Source: Lama guanicoe (Eukaryota). Taken from it: a stretch of DNA of 64,000 bases. Within the stretch, counting starts at the first letter, position 1, and the number at the start of each line of letters is the position of its first letter. Position numbers and translations under genes: made by a program. The stretch covers positions 6,099,957 to 6,163,956 of the forward strand of contig MU053881.1 in assembly GCA_013239625.1 (NCBI GenBank), read 5' to 3'. This document shows, one piece after another, positions 13,231-27,120 of this stretch. The notes beneath the pieces were generated by a model. The model was not told where the DNA came from. It worked only from the letters and a program-made list of their open reading frames with translations, and did no database searches.

Positions 13231-16200
13231 CTGTGGGAAGAGAGAGAAGGGGGGAGGGTGAGAAGGGAGAGGGCACTTGCAAGGGGACAGAGCTACACAG
13301 AGAGGGTATGTGCAGGTGGCGAGGGCTTGGGGTAGCAGAGTAGAGAGGGCCTGACTCAAGCTTTGGCCTCAGTAATTTCACTCCCTAGATCTGTGGAGAG
13401 CACCTGTGGTATTGGCCCCTGCATCCTTCCCTACTCACCAGTTAGCTAGCAGACTCCTATTACCATTCAGGGATCCATCTCTTCTCCACTCTCCACCCTT
13501 CTACCTCAGCTCTACTACAACAAGAGGCCTAGACCTGACCAATCAGAACACTATTTCCCATGATGGGTGGCCTGAGCCATCCAATCAGTGTTCCTCGAGA
13601 CCCTTGCATAAGTAATGCCCAAACACATAGGCCGATTTAAACTTGGGGAACATGTAAGGCTGAAGCGAAGGCAGCCATTGTACCACCAGGAGGGGAAATT
13701 CTGTCTGACAGCAAAGCCAACACGGAGGAAGCAAAGCCAAGAGGAAGAGAATGAGAGAAACCAAGTCCGCATCACTTCTTTTAGCTTCTGGACCAAGCTG
13801 CACCTGAAGCTCAAGTTACCTCATTGTTACATGGGCCAATAATACCTCATTTCCTTTAAGACGGTTTAGACTGTGTTCTGTCACTGGCAACAGAAAGGAG
13901 TCCCAACTTCTGTGCACTAAAGCTGACATGAAGTCAACTACTCAGCTGCCACTCAACTCCACTGTTACGTAGTTAAACACAAACTACATTTAATGTGGGA
14001 TGTGGTACATTTTAATGTTTGATGCGAAGAGGAACGGGAGCCTCTAAAAATAAAGAGTTTTAGCATGGCCTAACTCCAAAGCCTGTACCCATGGTTCTGA
14101 GATTTCAGGGTCTGAGGTGAATTCCCTGGGAGACAATGCCGGGCAAGGAGCACTAGATTCAGAGTCAGAAGTGAATCAGCTCTAACACTTCCTTATGTGA
14201 CCTCAGGCTAGTTAATTCCACCCTCTAAACCTCTGATTCCTCTCCTGGACCAAGCAGTGGCAACAACTCCTGCGTCATAGAGATGTTATGAGGAATGACG
14301 CTTTTAAATGAGCCTGGCACACAGTAGGAACTTGCTAAATTATTTCTGAAGAGCAGGTGGTTCGGATGGTCTGGCCTCCCTCCCTGGATCTGATCTGGAC
14401 AAAAGGTGGTGGGAAGCAGGCTTTGAATTTCCTCCTTGAGAAAGCCGGATTGCTCGATGTGGAAGAGTGGGAAACATACAAAGTTGGAAGGCCTGAATTA
14501 GCAGCACTCGAGTTTCCAACTAACATCTCCAGATTTAGGCCGGGCCCACTCCTCGTTACGGACGGATGCCCAGCCAAGTTGGAAGCCCAGCAGTCTGGCT
14601 GTGTGTGGAGACTGAGGTGCGAGTTCCAGCCTTTTGTTTGAAGTGGAAAACGGGCTGGAGCTTCCAGGAACGTTCACCTTTGAGCGGAGGGCAAGCTTGA
14701 GCCCTGCAGACAAAGTGCTGAACTTTGCAGAAAGGGACAGGCAGGGTAAGAAAACATTGCCTGGACGAGAGATCTTTCGAGGAGGCTGCAGAGTGGGCAG
14801 GGGGCCTGGAAGACACACCAGGACCCAGACGACATTATGGGCTGGGTGAGCAGTGAGGAACTACAGTGAGGGAAGCCAGGGCATATGTGCAAGCGGGACA
14901 GAAAGGAGTGGTCTCTGGGCACTGGGCCCCCCATAGATAATTCTGGAAGCTGCCTATCCAACCTGAGTCCAGGTCCCTTGGCTGATCTCAGTGGAACAGT
15001 CAGACCAAACTGAAAAAAGGTTACACCATGGCTGGTTCCCCACCCTAGAATGTCTGCTTGGAAAACTGCTTTCAACCTTCAAGCTCAGTTCACTAACCAC
15101 CTCCTCTGGGAAGCCTTCCCTGACTGCCATCTAGCTTCCTGGGTATTTCCTTCTCTTAAGACTCCATTCAGGCATCAGACTTCATTGGATTCACATAGCT
15201 CCATCTTCTGAACACCCTCAACACCCATGCCTCCTCCCACCCCCACACAGAGTATTCTGTATCTGCCTGCCTGCCTCATCAGTCTGAGAGCTTCATGAGG
15301 TCGGGGCTGCCTCTCAGTTGCTCTCATGGCTCAGCCCAGGTCTTAGCCCAAGACAAGGATGCCCATAGCACCTGCTGTTGAATGGATGAGGGTTCAGCTG
15401 GGATAGAAATGGTGGGTGTGACATATGAATGAATTTGCCTCCGAAAGAAAACAGACTTCACCTCCTGGAGCCCTTACTAATGCCCCAGAGACAGCCGTGA
15501 GCTGTGAGGGGCCCCACCTGGGGGGGTGTGCTGAGAAGGAGACAGAGTGAGCAGAGGGCTGTGGCTCTCTGCCTGCCTGTCTTGGTCTCCTTACTCATCT
15601 GTTCACTCATTCATTCAGAATTTACTGATTGCCAACTACAGGCCAGACACTTTCACATCCGTTATTTCATTTAATCCTCTTAAACTGCTGATCTAGACTC
15701 AAGCTGGTAGAAGAAAACAGCTCAAAGAGGCAAAAACGGCTTGCCCGAGGTCACGGACTTGTTAAGTGGGAGAGCCAGGATCTGAACCTGCGTTTGCCCC
15801 TGCAGCTCACTCCTCTGCTGTCTCGTCGCAGGCAGGCCCCAGAGGAGAAAGGGTGTGGGAGAATGGGTGCTGCCCACCAACACCCCTCACCTCCCCCAGG
15901 TCCACAGAGCCACCGTCAGCATGAAGCAAGGTCTTGGAGGTTCAAGGGCCAGCATAGTGCCTGGCACACGTGCTCGTACATGTCTGGGTTGAGGGGCTGG
16001 GCTTTGGCCTGAAGTTTCCAACACCCCAGAGGTCAGGAGAGGAGCCATGGTGCCTGAGGTGGTTACAAGTTCCCCACCATGAACTCAGACCCAGTGGGTA
16101 AGAAGTTAATGGTAGGCCGCCCCTGGGGCTTGACCCTTGCCTCTGCTCCTGACTGTCTCTATGCGGGCTCATGGCTCACAAAGATTTAAAAAACACATGT

Positions 16201-17642
16201 GCTCGGGCCTCACCCCCCAAATGCTGACTCAATTGGTTCAGGCAAGGCAGATCATCAATATTTAGAGAGTAAATGAATAGCCCATCCCAGAACCTTGGTG
16301 ATTTAGTAGAATTTGATCATCTCTCCCCGTCTCCCACCTCCAACCTCCTTCTTTCCAAACTGGAGTCCTGTTCCTTCTATTTGATCTGAAGACTGAATCC
16401 TGATGACATCATTTGGCACCTAGATCCAGTCTTACTTGAAACAGAACTACCCCCTGGACGTTTTTAGTTACATAGGCAAAAAATTCTTTATTCGCTTAAA
16501 GGCATTTTGAACTGGGTTTCAGTCACTTACAACCAAAGCAGTCTTCACAACAATGCAGTGGTGAGCAGGGTGTCCCCTGCCCTGAAAGTCTGGGGCCCTA
16601 TGTTGCCCCAGTGAGGACACACCAGTGATCACACAGGAGGGAGCCGATGAGAAAAATCCTTCTGGGTTGAATCTCCAGAGATGGGGAAAAACTGCCTAGT
16701 ACATGGTAATCGATATTCAACACCTATTTATGGAATGAAAGGAAGTATTTCCTTCTGGACCAGGTGGATGTGGGGTCCAGAGAGGCGTCAAGGAGAAAAG
16801 GGGTCACGTGTCTCTCAGGGGCTCTGGAGAAGAGCTCTGGCATAGGACTGGTACCGAGCAGCAGAGGGAGTAGCCCAGCCAAGGGTCTGGAGCATCAGAA
16901 GAGGCTCTGTTGGAGGCTCAATGACGTGCCCAGCTGTGGCCAGATGTGTAGACAACTGACACGCAGGGTCCAGGCCAGCCAAGAAAGCTGTCCTGTTGAG
17001 CCACTCCAAAGGGGCCAGAGCCTGAGCTGAGGTTCAGGGTTCCCACAGGTGAAGAACCTGGCTTCAAAGTGGAGGGCAACTGATGTTTAACAATTAAGTG
17101 CCTACTAAGTGCCAGCATTATCTTCCCATTTTACAGGCCAGGACACTGAGGCTCAGTGAGGTCAGGGCACTTTGAGTCCGGGGCCTGACATGGCTAATCC
17201 TGGCTGTAGGTTAAGAGTCAGTCCTCAGAAAGCAAGCATCACATTTCTATTTCTTTGGTGTCCCTGTGGCTCTTTAAGCAGGTACATGGAGCATGATGGA
17301 TGGATCCAGCATGGGCCCTCAGGGATCTCCCAGTCTATTGGCGGACACAGGCAGGAAGACAGACAGTGACAACCCAGGTTAGCAGACAGGAAAGAGAGGG
17401 CTGTGTGAGGGGCTGTGGACTCCAGGGTGGGCCAGCCCGATTGGGCAGTCAGTGAAGCCAGAGGCTGTGGAAGGATGAGCCAGGACTGGGGGTGGACAGA
17501 CGAGGGAAGGGCAGCCCTGGCAGAGGATGCAGTATGCACAAAACCTGAAGACCCCATCGGGGGGTGGAGCTTGGCAGCACCCTGTGTCTGCAACATAAGG
17601 AACAAGAGGACAAGGAGTTTCTCCCCAGGGAACGCGGCCTTT

Positions 17643-17703
17643 CTTGGGTAGGTGGTGAGGACCCAGGGACTGGCTTGGGTAGGTGGTGAGGACCCAGGGA
17701 CTG
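17643..17703. repeat. Perfect 30-bp direct duplication (period 31)
   Basis: cttgggtaggtggtgaggacccagggactg at 17643-17672 and 17674-17703. Confidence 0.95.
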
Positions 17704-17989
17704 AGCTGGACTGAAGGTGGAGGGCAGGGGAGACCTGATCCCTTTTGTGCTTTAGAAAGCTGAGGCTGGGCTTTCTAAAGGGGAAAGGCCTGGAGATGGA
17801 GCCTGAGGAGCTGAGGAACAATTCCTGAGAAGGTACAAGGCCAGAACAGAGGCAGGAGTTAGGGAAGGAGAGGCACGCACCAGCTATCAAGGAGAGGTAA
17901 TCCCAGGATGGGGGCCTGACTGGCTGGGGAGCCTGTGACAGAATAGCAACCCAGAGGCCTGGGGCTTCAGCTGCAGGAGCCAGAAAGAG

Positions 17990-18790
17990 TGAGGGGCGCT
18001 GGGCTAGGCAGCGGCCAACAGGGGGACCTGCCCGGGGCAAAGTCGGGACAGGTGGACTGAAAGGTCGGGGGGCGCCCTTGGAGCCTCCCGGACCAGCCTG
18101 GAAGACAGGAAGGGGNNNNNNNNNNNNNNNNNNNNNNNNNNNNNNNNNNNNNNNNNNNNNNNNNNNNNNNNNNNNNNNNNNNNNNNNNNNNNNNNNNNNN
18201 NNNNNNNNNNNNNNNNNNNNNNNNNNNNNNNNNNNNNNNNNNNNAGCCGGCTCGGGAGGAAGCGGTGACTCAGCGGCCAGCCGGCGGGCGGGCGGAGGGC
18301 GGCCGGGCGGCGGGGAGCGGCCCGAGGGGACGGGGCTGTTCTTTTGACCCCAGGACGGCCCTCCTGGGGTCAAGATGCCGGGAACCGCGCAGACGGGGAG
18401 GGAGGGGCGCGCGGGCACTGGGCACGGCGGGCTGCCGCGCGCCCCCTCCTTCAAACAGAAAAAAAAGAAAGAAAGAAAGAAGAAAGCCGAGCCCACGACT
18501 GCAGGCAGGTTGGGCCTGGGAGGCGGCCCAGGCGGGCAGGAGAACAAAGCGCCTGGCGCGGGGCTGGCCGCGCTGCCCCCGAGACGCACGGCCAGGCCAG
18601 GGGACCCGGCGCCCGGCCCGCGCGCCGCCCCTGCCCCAGACCCCCTCGCAGGCCGGCCGGCCGGCCGGCCTGGGGACGCGGAAAGTGAATCACTAATTAA
18701 AACCACTCCTCGGCATCCCGGGGCCGCGCTACGCGGATTACTATTATTTTGCTCTTTGAGAAGCTTCAGTTGGCGTGGGCAGTGCGGCTG
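17990..18790. promoter_or_regulatory. Intronic CpG island in FGF18 intron 4
   Basis: Dense CpG/GC segment with (GGCC)5 at about 18651-18670, in otherwise CpG-poor intron. Confidence 0.8.
18116..18244. other. Assembly gap (129 N)
   Basis: Run of N inside the GC-rich island. Confidence 0.99.
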
Positions 18791-20086
18791 GAATCTTTGC
18801 CTTCCAAGCCAGGCTTTGAAGCCCGCCTAGCGCTAGTGTGGGACCTGGGACAAGGGCCGGGAAGCGGCCAAGCCTCAGCTTTCTCATCTGTGAAATGGGG
18901 ATGGTGGAGGTACCAACCTCATCGGATTGTTTGGGAGCATTTTTGCTTAGTACCGGGTAGGAAGTAGGTACTCAATTAACGGAGGCTCTTGGTACTGTTG
19001 CTGTTAACAATAAGCCACAACACCCTGGCTCAGGTCCCTGGCCTGTAACACTCTTTCCAGGCACTTGGGTATGTGGGAGGGGTAGAGGAATGAGTTGGGG
19101 GATTTAGAAAACCAAAATCATGGCTTAAACTGGAATCGAGGTCATGCTTCCTTCCCCCACAATAAAGCATAATAAATGCAAATTGTCACCTAGGGCCTTG
19201 CCCCCAAGCAGGAGAAGCCATCCCCCTGGAAGCTGGGTCTGCCCTCCACCCCCTACTCCACCTGTCCAGCAGAAGCCACCTCCCCATTATGCAAGTTGGA
19301 TAGGGTGTGAGTAGGGTCCCTACCGAGAGAAAGGACCATGGAGCGTGACTTCACCATAGAGCTACTGGCAGTAACATCTTCCACTGGAACATCCAAAGGA
19401 AGCAAGAATGTGAACGTCACAAACAAGGATACCCAAGAAAAAAGGGGGGCAGCATCGAAAAGCAGTATCAGTGGAGGCTCAGAACCCCCGGCATATGGGT
19501 CCACCCTGGCCACACCCCACCCCTGCCACACCCCATCCCTGCCCTAATTTGTTACATGCAGCTCTCTTGCCTTTTCCAAAGTAATAAAATCTTCCTGAAA
19601 TGCTAGATTCATGAGGCCCAGCATTGCCAAGGCGGCTGGGTTCCGGAGGCGCTGCTGCGAGGCCTTGTAAACCCCTGGTGATTGTTAAAACAATGCTACA
19701 GCCTCAGCCCTTGGCCTTTTGGTTCCCTGATCCCAGACATCAGGTACACTCAGGCAGGGAGCCCCAGAACCCCTCAAGGATCCTCCCACTACTGAATAAG
19801 CCAGGGCTCCACATCCTCCAAGAGAGATCAGGGTCCTGCATGCTCCCCAAAGTCACACCCATGGATACCTGGGCCTGGCTGGCAGTAGGTGCCGGGGCAG
19901 AGATGAAGTGAGGGTAGTGAAAGAAAGAGAGCATAGTGGGAGTCACACACACACACACACACACACTCATGGGGCCTGGCTTCCATTTGAGGATAACAGG
20001 GCCCTGGACACACAGTTCCAGCTGCCCAGAGCTGTGTGTGCAGGTGGTGGGGAGGAGGGGCACCCAAGTTCCAGACCATCACTCAC

Positions 20087-20193
20087 CTTCCCCACGAGCT
20101 TGCCTTTCCGGTTCATACACAGGTAGAACTCCGTCTCCTTGCCCTTGATCCGGACTTGACTACCGAAGGTATCTGTCTCCACTAGGAGCTGGG
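20087..20193 (-). CDS. FGF18: FGF18 coding exon 4 ([36 protein letters not shown])
   Basis: ORF track 19967..20290; acceptor ctttcgaag, donor gtgagt; 107 nt; FGF core motif YLCMN. Confidence 0.98.
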
Positions 20194-23100
20194 CTTCGAA
20201 AGGCAGAAGGAGAACAACACACGTTTTTTTTTTACCGGGGGCAATAGCTTCGCCTAAAGGCTCAGCAACATGATCCCTGATCCTGTCCATCTACCCCCTG
20301 CTGCCCCCCAAATCAGGCATGGTGGATACCTCCGACCGGTACCCCTGGAGCACCCTGCCCCTTAGGCGGGAGAGGAGCTGTCTGACACCTGTTCCCTGAC
20401 CCCAACGTCTCTTGACTACACTTGGAACCCAGATCACTCCAGCTGTAAGGGAGTTCTGCCCCTTGTGGCAGTGTGCCTTCTCCTCCCCTCATCACCCACC
20501 TTCCTTCATCCCTCTGCTCCCTTGCCCAAGGCAGAATAGAAAGCCACACAACCTCAGAGAAGCAGCAGTCTCTGGAATCAGACGGACAGATGCATGTGAG
20601 CTCACACAGGTAGCGCACACACACACACACACAATCCTGCCTTGAGGGATGTCAAGCTACTTCCTCCAAAATTTAAGTCAGAGGTCCCTTCCTCCAGGGT
20701 AAACATCTGGAGCGTGCCCTCATCCCTGAGGGTATGGGGGTAAGGGAGTGCCCTGGCCACTTGAAGTGGGGAAGGGCTGGGGAGGGTTGGTTCAGATCCT
20801 GGGGAAAGGAGGCTGTCTGCATAATTCATTTTCCTCAATCGAGGCCACCAAGGCTGCAGGGTAACTAACTCCTAGAAGCCCGGAAGGCCCAATCAGAACC
20901 CAATACCCCCGGTCCAGAGTGGGAGGCTCCATGCTAACCATCAATGCTCCACGGAGCCTCCCTCAGGATGGGGGGGAGGGAGGTGTCCAGAGCTGATCCT
21001 CAAAGTCCTGAATGAACAAGGACATCAAGTGGCCAAAGGGTGACTATCTCTTGATTAGGCTTACTGTGTCCAGACCCCTGCCTGTCCCTCTGCCAGTCCA
21101 CATTTTCTCACCAGTAGGGTGCTGTGTGACTTTGGTGGGCCATGTGCCCTCTCTGAGCTTGAATCCCTGTGCCTGACTCCCCCCACCCCCTTATACTGAC
21201 TTCTTTGCCTATGACCCCCCATTCTCACCCTCCCTCCCCTGACTCTTTGCTTCCCAGCACCTGCCCCTCCCTCACCCACAAAATTTTAATTTCAGTGACA
21301 AGGGACTTGCTTCTCCATAACAAAAATCACAACCCTAAATACAGTATCCTTGGGGCCACGAAGAGTGTACCACAGTGCCCCTAAAATACACTAGGTATGA
21401 TTTTAATAAAAAAAAATTTTTAAATATATACCCTGGTGCCCTGCTGTGAAAATTAAAACCATCTGGAACTCAGGATTTCCAATAATTAATCTAGCCCTCC
21501 TTTGACACCACTACTAATTAAAATATGATATCCACCTTTCCAAGGGAAAAAAAAAGAAGAATTTACATAAAATTTAAAGATCTAACAAGAATTTAGTAAT
21601 TCTAGGAACAAGGGAGGGGGCACATTCTTCTCTCCACCTTCCCCCATCCCTAGTAAACACTGAGTTGAGAATATTAACCAACCCTGTGATAGGGTGTTAT
21701 AAGCCCTTCGTGCTCTCTGCTCCCCTTAATTCAGATTCTCTGTAACTCTCCTGTTAGCTTGGTCCCTGGGAACCGAGGGCCAAACATCGCAGCAGTTCTG
21801 GGACTTACTTTCTGTATCTCCTCACAAAGCTTAGGCCCCACATGGGAATGGGGGTTGTTGGGGGTCGGGAGGGTCCTCAGCTCCCAGGAGCTTCTGACCA
21901 AAGCAGCACGTGTAAGGGGAAAGGTGAGAGCTTTGGGACGCACAGAGATGGCTATGAATCCCTGGCCCCACTTGCCGACCAAACCATATGACCTTGGGCC
22001 TGAGTTTCTTCATCTGTAAAATGGGGACAGTCATCCCTAATCTCCAGCAGTTACTGTGAGGATTGCATACAATGATGCTGTAAAGGGCCTAGCACCCTGC
22101 TCTCAGAGGTTGGGTAGGTGAAACTTAGGAACTGTTTTTAACTTTCCTAACAACTGCAAAATAAAACTGCTTTCCTAGGAAGAAAAAAAATAGTGGGGGG
22201 AAAAATAAACGAGATGTGTGTAAGGGCAGAAGTAGAGCAGAACTTGCCTCCCTGAGATGTGCCCTCTGTCCTGAACTTCCTCAGCATCCTCCAGGGTCGC
22301 AGGTATCCCACACTGTGAGTGCATCAGAAAATGCCTTAGGGTGGGATTCAGGGGTCTGATCCCATTTCTGGCATTGCCACCCTGGGTATGTGACCTTGAG
22401 TACGCACCTTCCCCTCTGAGCCTCAGTCTCCTCACCCATGCAACGGGAAGGGGGCTTGACCCTATTCTGATTGTCTCTGGGGTTGGAGACTGGTAGAGAT
22501 GGGGAGCTGAGAAGAGGGTGAGGCCCAAGGGCTGGGGCTCAGGCAACCCCAAGTGAGTCCAAGGGGGAAACTGCTCTGTCTGCCCTCTCCCAGCACCTGG
22601 GCCTCTGTCCTCAGAATAGCTCCAACTACAGGCTGGATCTGGCTCCCCTGTGAGGCTGCTGAAGTCACATATCCCCACGAGGTTGGGTATCTTTGTCCCC
22701 TTTTTACCGTGTGGGAAAGCGAGGTTCAGAGAAGCAACCCAGCAGGAGAGGCTGACATCAGGTCTGCCTGGCTCCTGCTGGTGCCTGGGTCCCAGGGGAG
22801 GGCCCCCAGCTCTGGGGACACAGCTCAAAGCACAACCCTCATCTCTCATTAACCACAGCCCGTCTCAAGGAGCCGTGGGCGTTCGCCTGAGCCATCCAAA
22901 GGGCCTGGGGCCAGGGCTGGACTGCACCTCACCCTCGCAAACCTAGCCGCCCCCACCCCAGTGTGGGAGGGTCTGCATCAGCCACTGCGCCAGGGGAGCC
23001 AGAAGTCTGTTCTCCCCCACTCGACCACAACAAGCCATGGAGTGACCTAGACTCCACTCAGCGCATGACATAATGAGGAGGGAGCCGGGCCAGAATTATG

Positions 23101-23439
23101 TCAAGTCTTTGGGGAGTCATAGCCGCAGCAGTTCTCAGAAAGAGAGAGAGACTCCGCCCACCCAGAGCAGGTTTGCCCAGAGCCTGGCTGGTCCTCAGCA
23201 TCATGCTCCCCCCTACCCCGTGTCTTATGACCCAAGCCCCCAAGATGCAGCTCTCAGGAGCTAGAAACCCCACCTCTGCTCAGTTCCACCCTCGTGTCTG
23301 TACCAGGCCAGGCAGGAGGGGCTGATGACATTATCTCGCCTCTCACCACCCTGGCCTCCCCTTCAGTCCGCACAACTCAGCGGCCTCCTCTCTCTGCTAC
23401 TTTTGGCCCCAGAAGTCTCTCCTCTACACATTGGCCAGA

Positions 23440-24010
23440 AGATCCTCTTAAAATAAAATTGATTGTGTCTCTTCCCTGCTAAAGCCTCCTGGGGATCTCC
23501 GACCCACCAAAAATCCAGGCTCTTTATGGGGACCCATAAGGGGCACGTGATCTGGCCCCTGCTGCCTGCCCCAACTTCCCACCCTCACTCACACAAGCCT
23601 CTTTGCTGTTCCTCCTCTAATGCGCCAAGCACGCTCCTACCTCAGGGCCTTTGCACTTTCCCTCAGCCTGGAGACTGCTTTGCCCAGACCATCCCATAGT
23701 GGCTTCTCATCTCCTCGGTTGACGTCTCAACTCAAATGTCACCTCCTCAAAGAGGCCTCCCCTGGCCATGCTATCCAATGTCATACCACACTCCCAGTCT
23801 AGCTCTACCCATCCCCAGCTCCATTTTCCTCAGAGCTCTTCTCTAAGTTGTCTTATTTGCTACCTTTCCTATTGTCTGTCTCTACCCACCGGAAGGTAAG
23901 CTCCATGAGGTCAGGACCTTAACTGTCTCATTCACCACTGAGATTTCCAGCACCTAGTCCGTACCTGGCTCATAGTAAATGACTGACAAGGAAATTTTAG
24001 TAAATGCATA
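23440..24010 (+). mobile_element. L2 LINE fragment
   Basis: cctcagggcctttgcact...ctcaaatgtcacctcctcaaagaggcct...taagctccatgaggtcagg. Confidence 0.75.
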
Positions 24011-25189
24011 AAGGGACTGGTGAGTTAGTTATGAGTGATGCTACTTAAAAGTTAAAGACAATGAGATTCAGGGAGGTAAAAGGATTGCCCACGGGCACAC
24101 AGCTGGTAAAAGCAGGGTAGAAGTTCAAACCCATTCTCTGATCCCACGGTCAGTGCCCTTAGCAACTCTGTCCTTCCCACCCTCTACCTGCCTCACACTA
24201 GAACTCTGCTCTCCAACACACCCAGCCCCAGCCTCAAGGTTACTATCACATATTCTGACTTGCTGTGTGACAAGGGGAAAAACCCCTGTCCTTCTCTGGG
24301 CCAGGACTAGGTGACCTTCTTTCAGTACTGCCCCTCTAGGAAGTATCATAACTTACATTATTTAGGTCTTAAATGGTGATGCTGAGCACCATTTTACCTT
24401 ATACACATTATCTCACTTAATCCTTACAACAATCCCAGGAGATTAGAACTATTTTTATTATCCCCATCTTACAGGTAAGAAAACTGAGTTCCCAAGGTCA
24501 CACAGTGATGGAGTTAAAACCCAGGCAGGCTAACCCAGAAGTCTGGGTCTTAGTCAGTCTCTCACACCAGTCACTTCTCCTCCATGCCAGTCCCTTTCCT
24601 GGGGGCATAAGTGAGTGGACGAACACCTAAGGTGGGCAGGGAAGGTCTTCGCTTTGACCTCACCTTCTTGGGACAGAGGTCTGTGGGTGGGGATAAGCCA
24701 AAGGCTGGGGCCCATCCCTCCCCAGTCCACTTCCAAATGAGGGAGGAAGGAGTGCCTATGGTCACCCTGAGGAAAATATCTTCGAGCTGATTCTGGGTAG
24801 TGGGGGAGCCCATAGAAGCACCCAAGTCTGGGTTCAAACCATAGCCAGAGAGGCAGGAAAAGGTTTCAGATCTGGCCAAAGGAAGGAAAGGCTGCATGCA
24901 CTGGAGGGTGAGTGAGTGCAGGATGAGGGGTCCCCACAACCCAGCTCGCCTGAGGGAAAGCCCACAGAGCCGGTCTCACCAGCACCCAGCTGAGAGCAGG
25001 AGCCCAGGGCTGCCCATGGCTCGGGGCCAGGAGCTCGAAGGACCCAGTCCCTTCTCCAGCATCCAGAGAAGAAAGCAGAAAAGGGAAAAGAGTGGAAGAA
25101 AAAGCTGGAAAGGAAGTCCTTTCTATAAAAACTCACGCTGTCTTTTTTCCCATTTCTCTTAAATGCATGGAGTAACAATGACAATTTAA

Positions 25190-25410
25190 AAATAACTGCT
25201 AATGCTTATTTAAGCATTTATCATCTGTCAGGCAGTGTGTTTAGAGTCTGAACACAGAATGTCTCATTATATCTTCACAACAACCCTATAAGGTAGGAAC
25301 AATTATACCCATTTTACAGATGATGAAACTGAGGCACTGAAAGTTAAATTACTTGCCAGAGTCACACAGTAGGACCAGGATTTGGACACAGGCAGAGTAA
25401 CCCCAGAGTT
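25190..25410 (-). mobile_element. MIR SINE, representative of many (e.g. about 6800-7135, 10330-10870, 14150-14345, 21950-22100, 24390-24545, 31590-31770, 34050-34240, 36740-36930, 39400-39560, 40620-40760)
   Basis: MIR core cccattttacagatgatgaaactgaggcac. Confidence 0.8.
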
Positions 25411-26569
25411 AGTCTGAGACAAGAGATATTCGGTCAGAGGTAGGCAGAGTGGGACAGGCATCAGGCAGGCCAGCGATGGCAGAGGAAAGAGAAGTGACTT
25501 TCGTGGATTGGCTGATTGATTCCAGTGTGATTCCCTAGCTGGGCTTCCTTGCGGATAATCCAGGGCCTCACTTTGAAGACTTTTGGTTTGAAGGGTAGGA
25601 AACCGCAGGGAAAGACAGAGAGGCAGCCAGAGACCCAGAGAGACTCATACACAGAGGGACACAGGAGATAGGACCCTGAGAAAAGGAACTGGAGAAAACT
25701 ACACTGGAGAATTGATTTCTTTTCCACCCAAGCCCTGGGGTAGAACCCCCACAACCTGAGAGAGCAGTGGGGAAGCTGGGAGCCAGTATGAGGCTGGACA
25801 GAGCCGGCCCGCACCTGGGCCCTGCAGCCGGCTGGCCGCTACAATTCCAGTGCTGACACTGCTGCTGGCCGCTCTCCAGGCATCATCCTCCAGCAACGAA
25901 ATGTTCTTGCCACGAAAGGCTCTGGGAGGTCAGACCGAATCAGTACTCCCTTCCTCCTCCCCTCTGAAGGTGGACCGGGTCGAGGGGAAGGGAAGTGGGG
26001 CGGGGGCGGGTGAGAAGTACTCTTTTCTGCAGATATGTCAGCATCACTATTTATACAGACACATACACACCCCCACACACTATGGCCTTTCTCCAAAGGT
26101 GTCCATGGTTCCCTTTCTCCTAAAGCCCCCCAAGGAGGTTCACAGGCCACGTGGGCTTGCTGGAAAGGAAGAGGGAAAGAATCAATAGGATTGATCAGGA
26201 GCTATATTTAATCCTCGCTGTAGCTCTTATGTGGCCATTTCAGCGGCAGAGTCAGCAAGGTATGGGTGGCCACTCCTCACTGGGGACAGACATGTGGGAC
26301 ATGAGCTCAGAGAGCAGGGGGTTTAGATGCAGATATTGCTGCCCATTCCCAGCTGGGAGAGCCCCTCAGGGAAGCTGGGTCTGTGGCTCGCCGTATCCTC
26401 ACTGTAAGATGCAAGGCTGGCTGGATGTGAGGACAGGAGAGGAGGACAGGGGAGAGGAAGGAGGGAGCACTGATTTGCCAAGTACCTACTGTGTGCTGAG
26501 CTCTGTGCCAGGCACTTGCCTCAGGGGAGTGGTCCCGTCCACACTCCCGGACGTGCACATGGGTCGCCC

Positions 26570-27120
26570 ATGCATTCACTGGCTCAAGCATATATTAAGC
26601 GCTTGTTTGTGGCTGGCTCTGTGCATGGTGATATGCGTACAGCAGTGAACACAACAGACAAAAGCCGCCTAGCCTTAGAGTCTGCATTATAACAGGAGAC
26701 ACAGAGAGCGAGCAACTAAATAGAAAATATATTGTCAGGTAGTAGTAAGTGCTAGGAAGAGAAATAGATCCACGAGGGGACAGATACGGGAACTCTCTAG
26801 TAAGGACACAACTGAACAGTAGTCTGAGTGAAACGAGGGAGCAAAAGCCACGAGGGCATCTGGGAGAAGGGCATCCTCAGGTTGAAGGCGCAGCAAATGC
26901 AAAGGCCCTGAGCAGGTGTGTTTGAGGGACGGCAGGAAGCTCACTCGGGCTGAAGCAGAGCGGGCAAGGATGGGAGCAGTGGAGCCTGAGGCTAGACTGG
27001 TGGTAGTCAGAAGCCAGGCCACGCCAGGCCTTCCTGCTGATCCAAGCCCTTGAGATGAGAGCCTTTGACTAACCGAGTGACACAGTCTCACGTTTTGACT
27101 GCTGTATGGAGAACAGACAA
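26570..27120 (-). mobile_element. L2 LINE fragment
   Basis: cattcact...acagcagtgaacacaacagacaaaa...gcaaatgcaaaggccctgag. Confidence 0.7.

Noticed and set aside
17225..18706. 493-aa minus-strand ORF
   Set aside because: Spans the N gap and a GC-rich island; no recognisable protein
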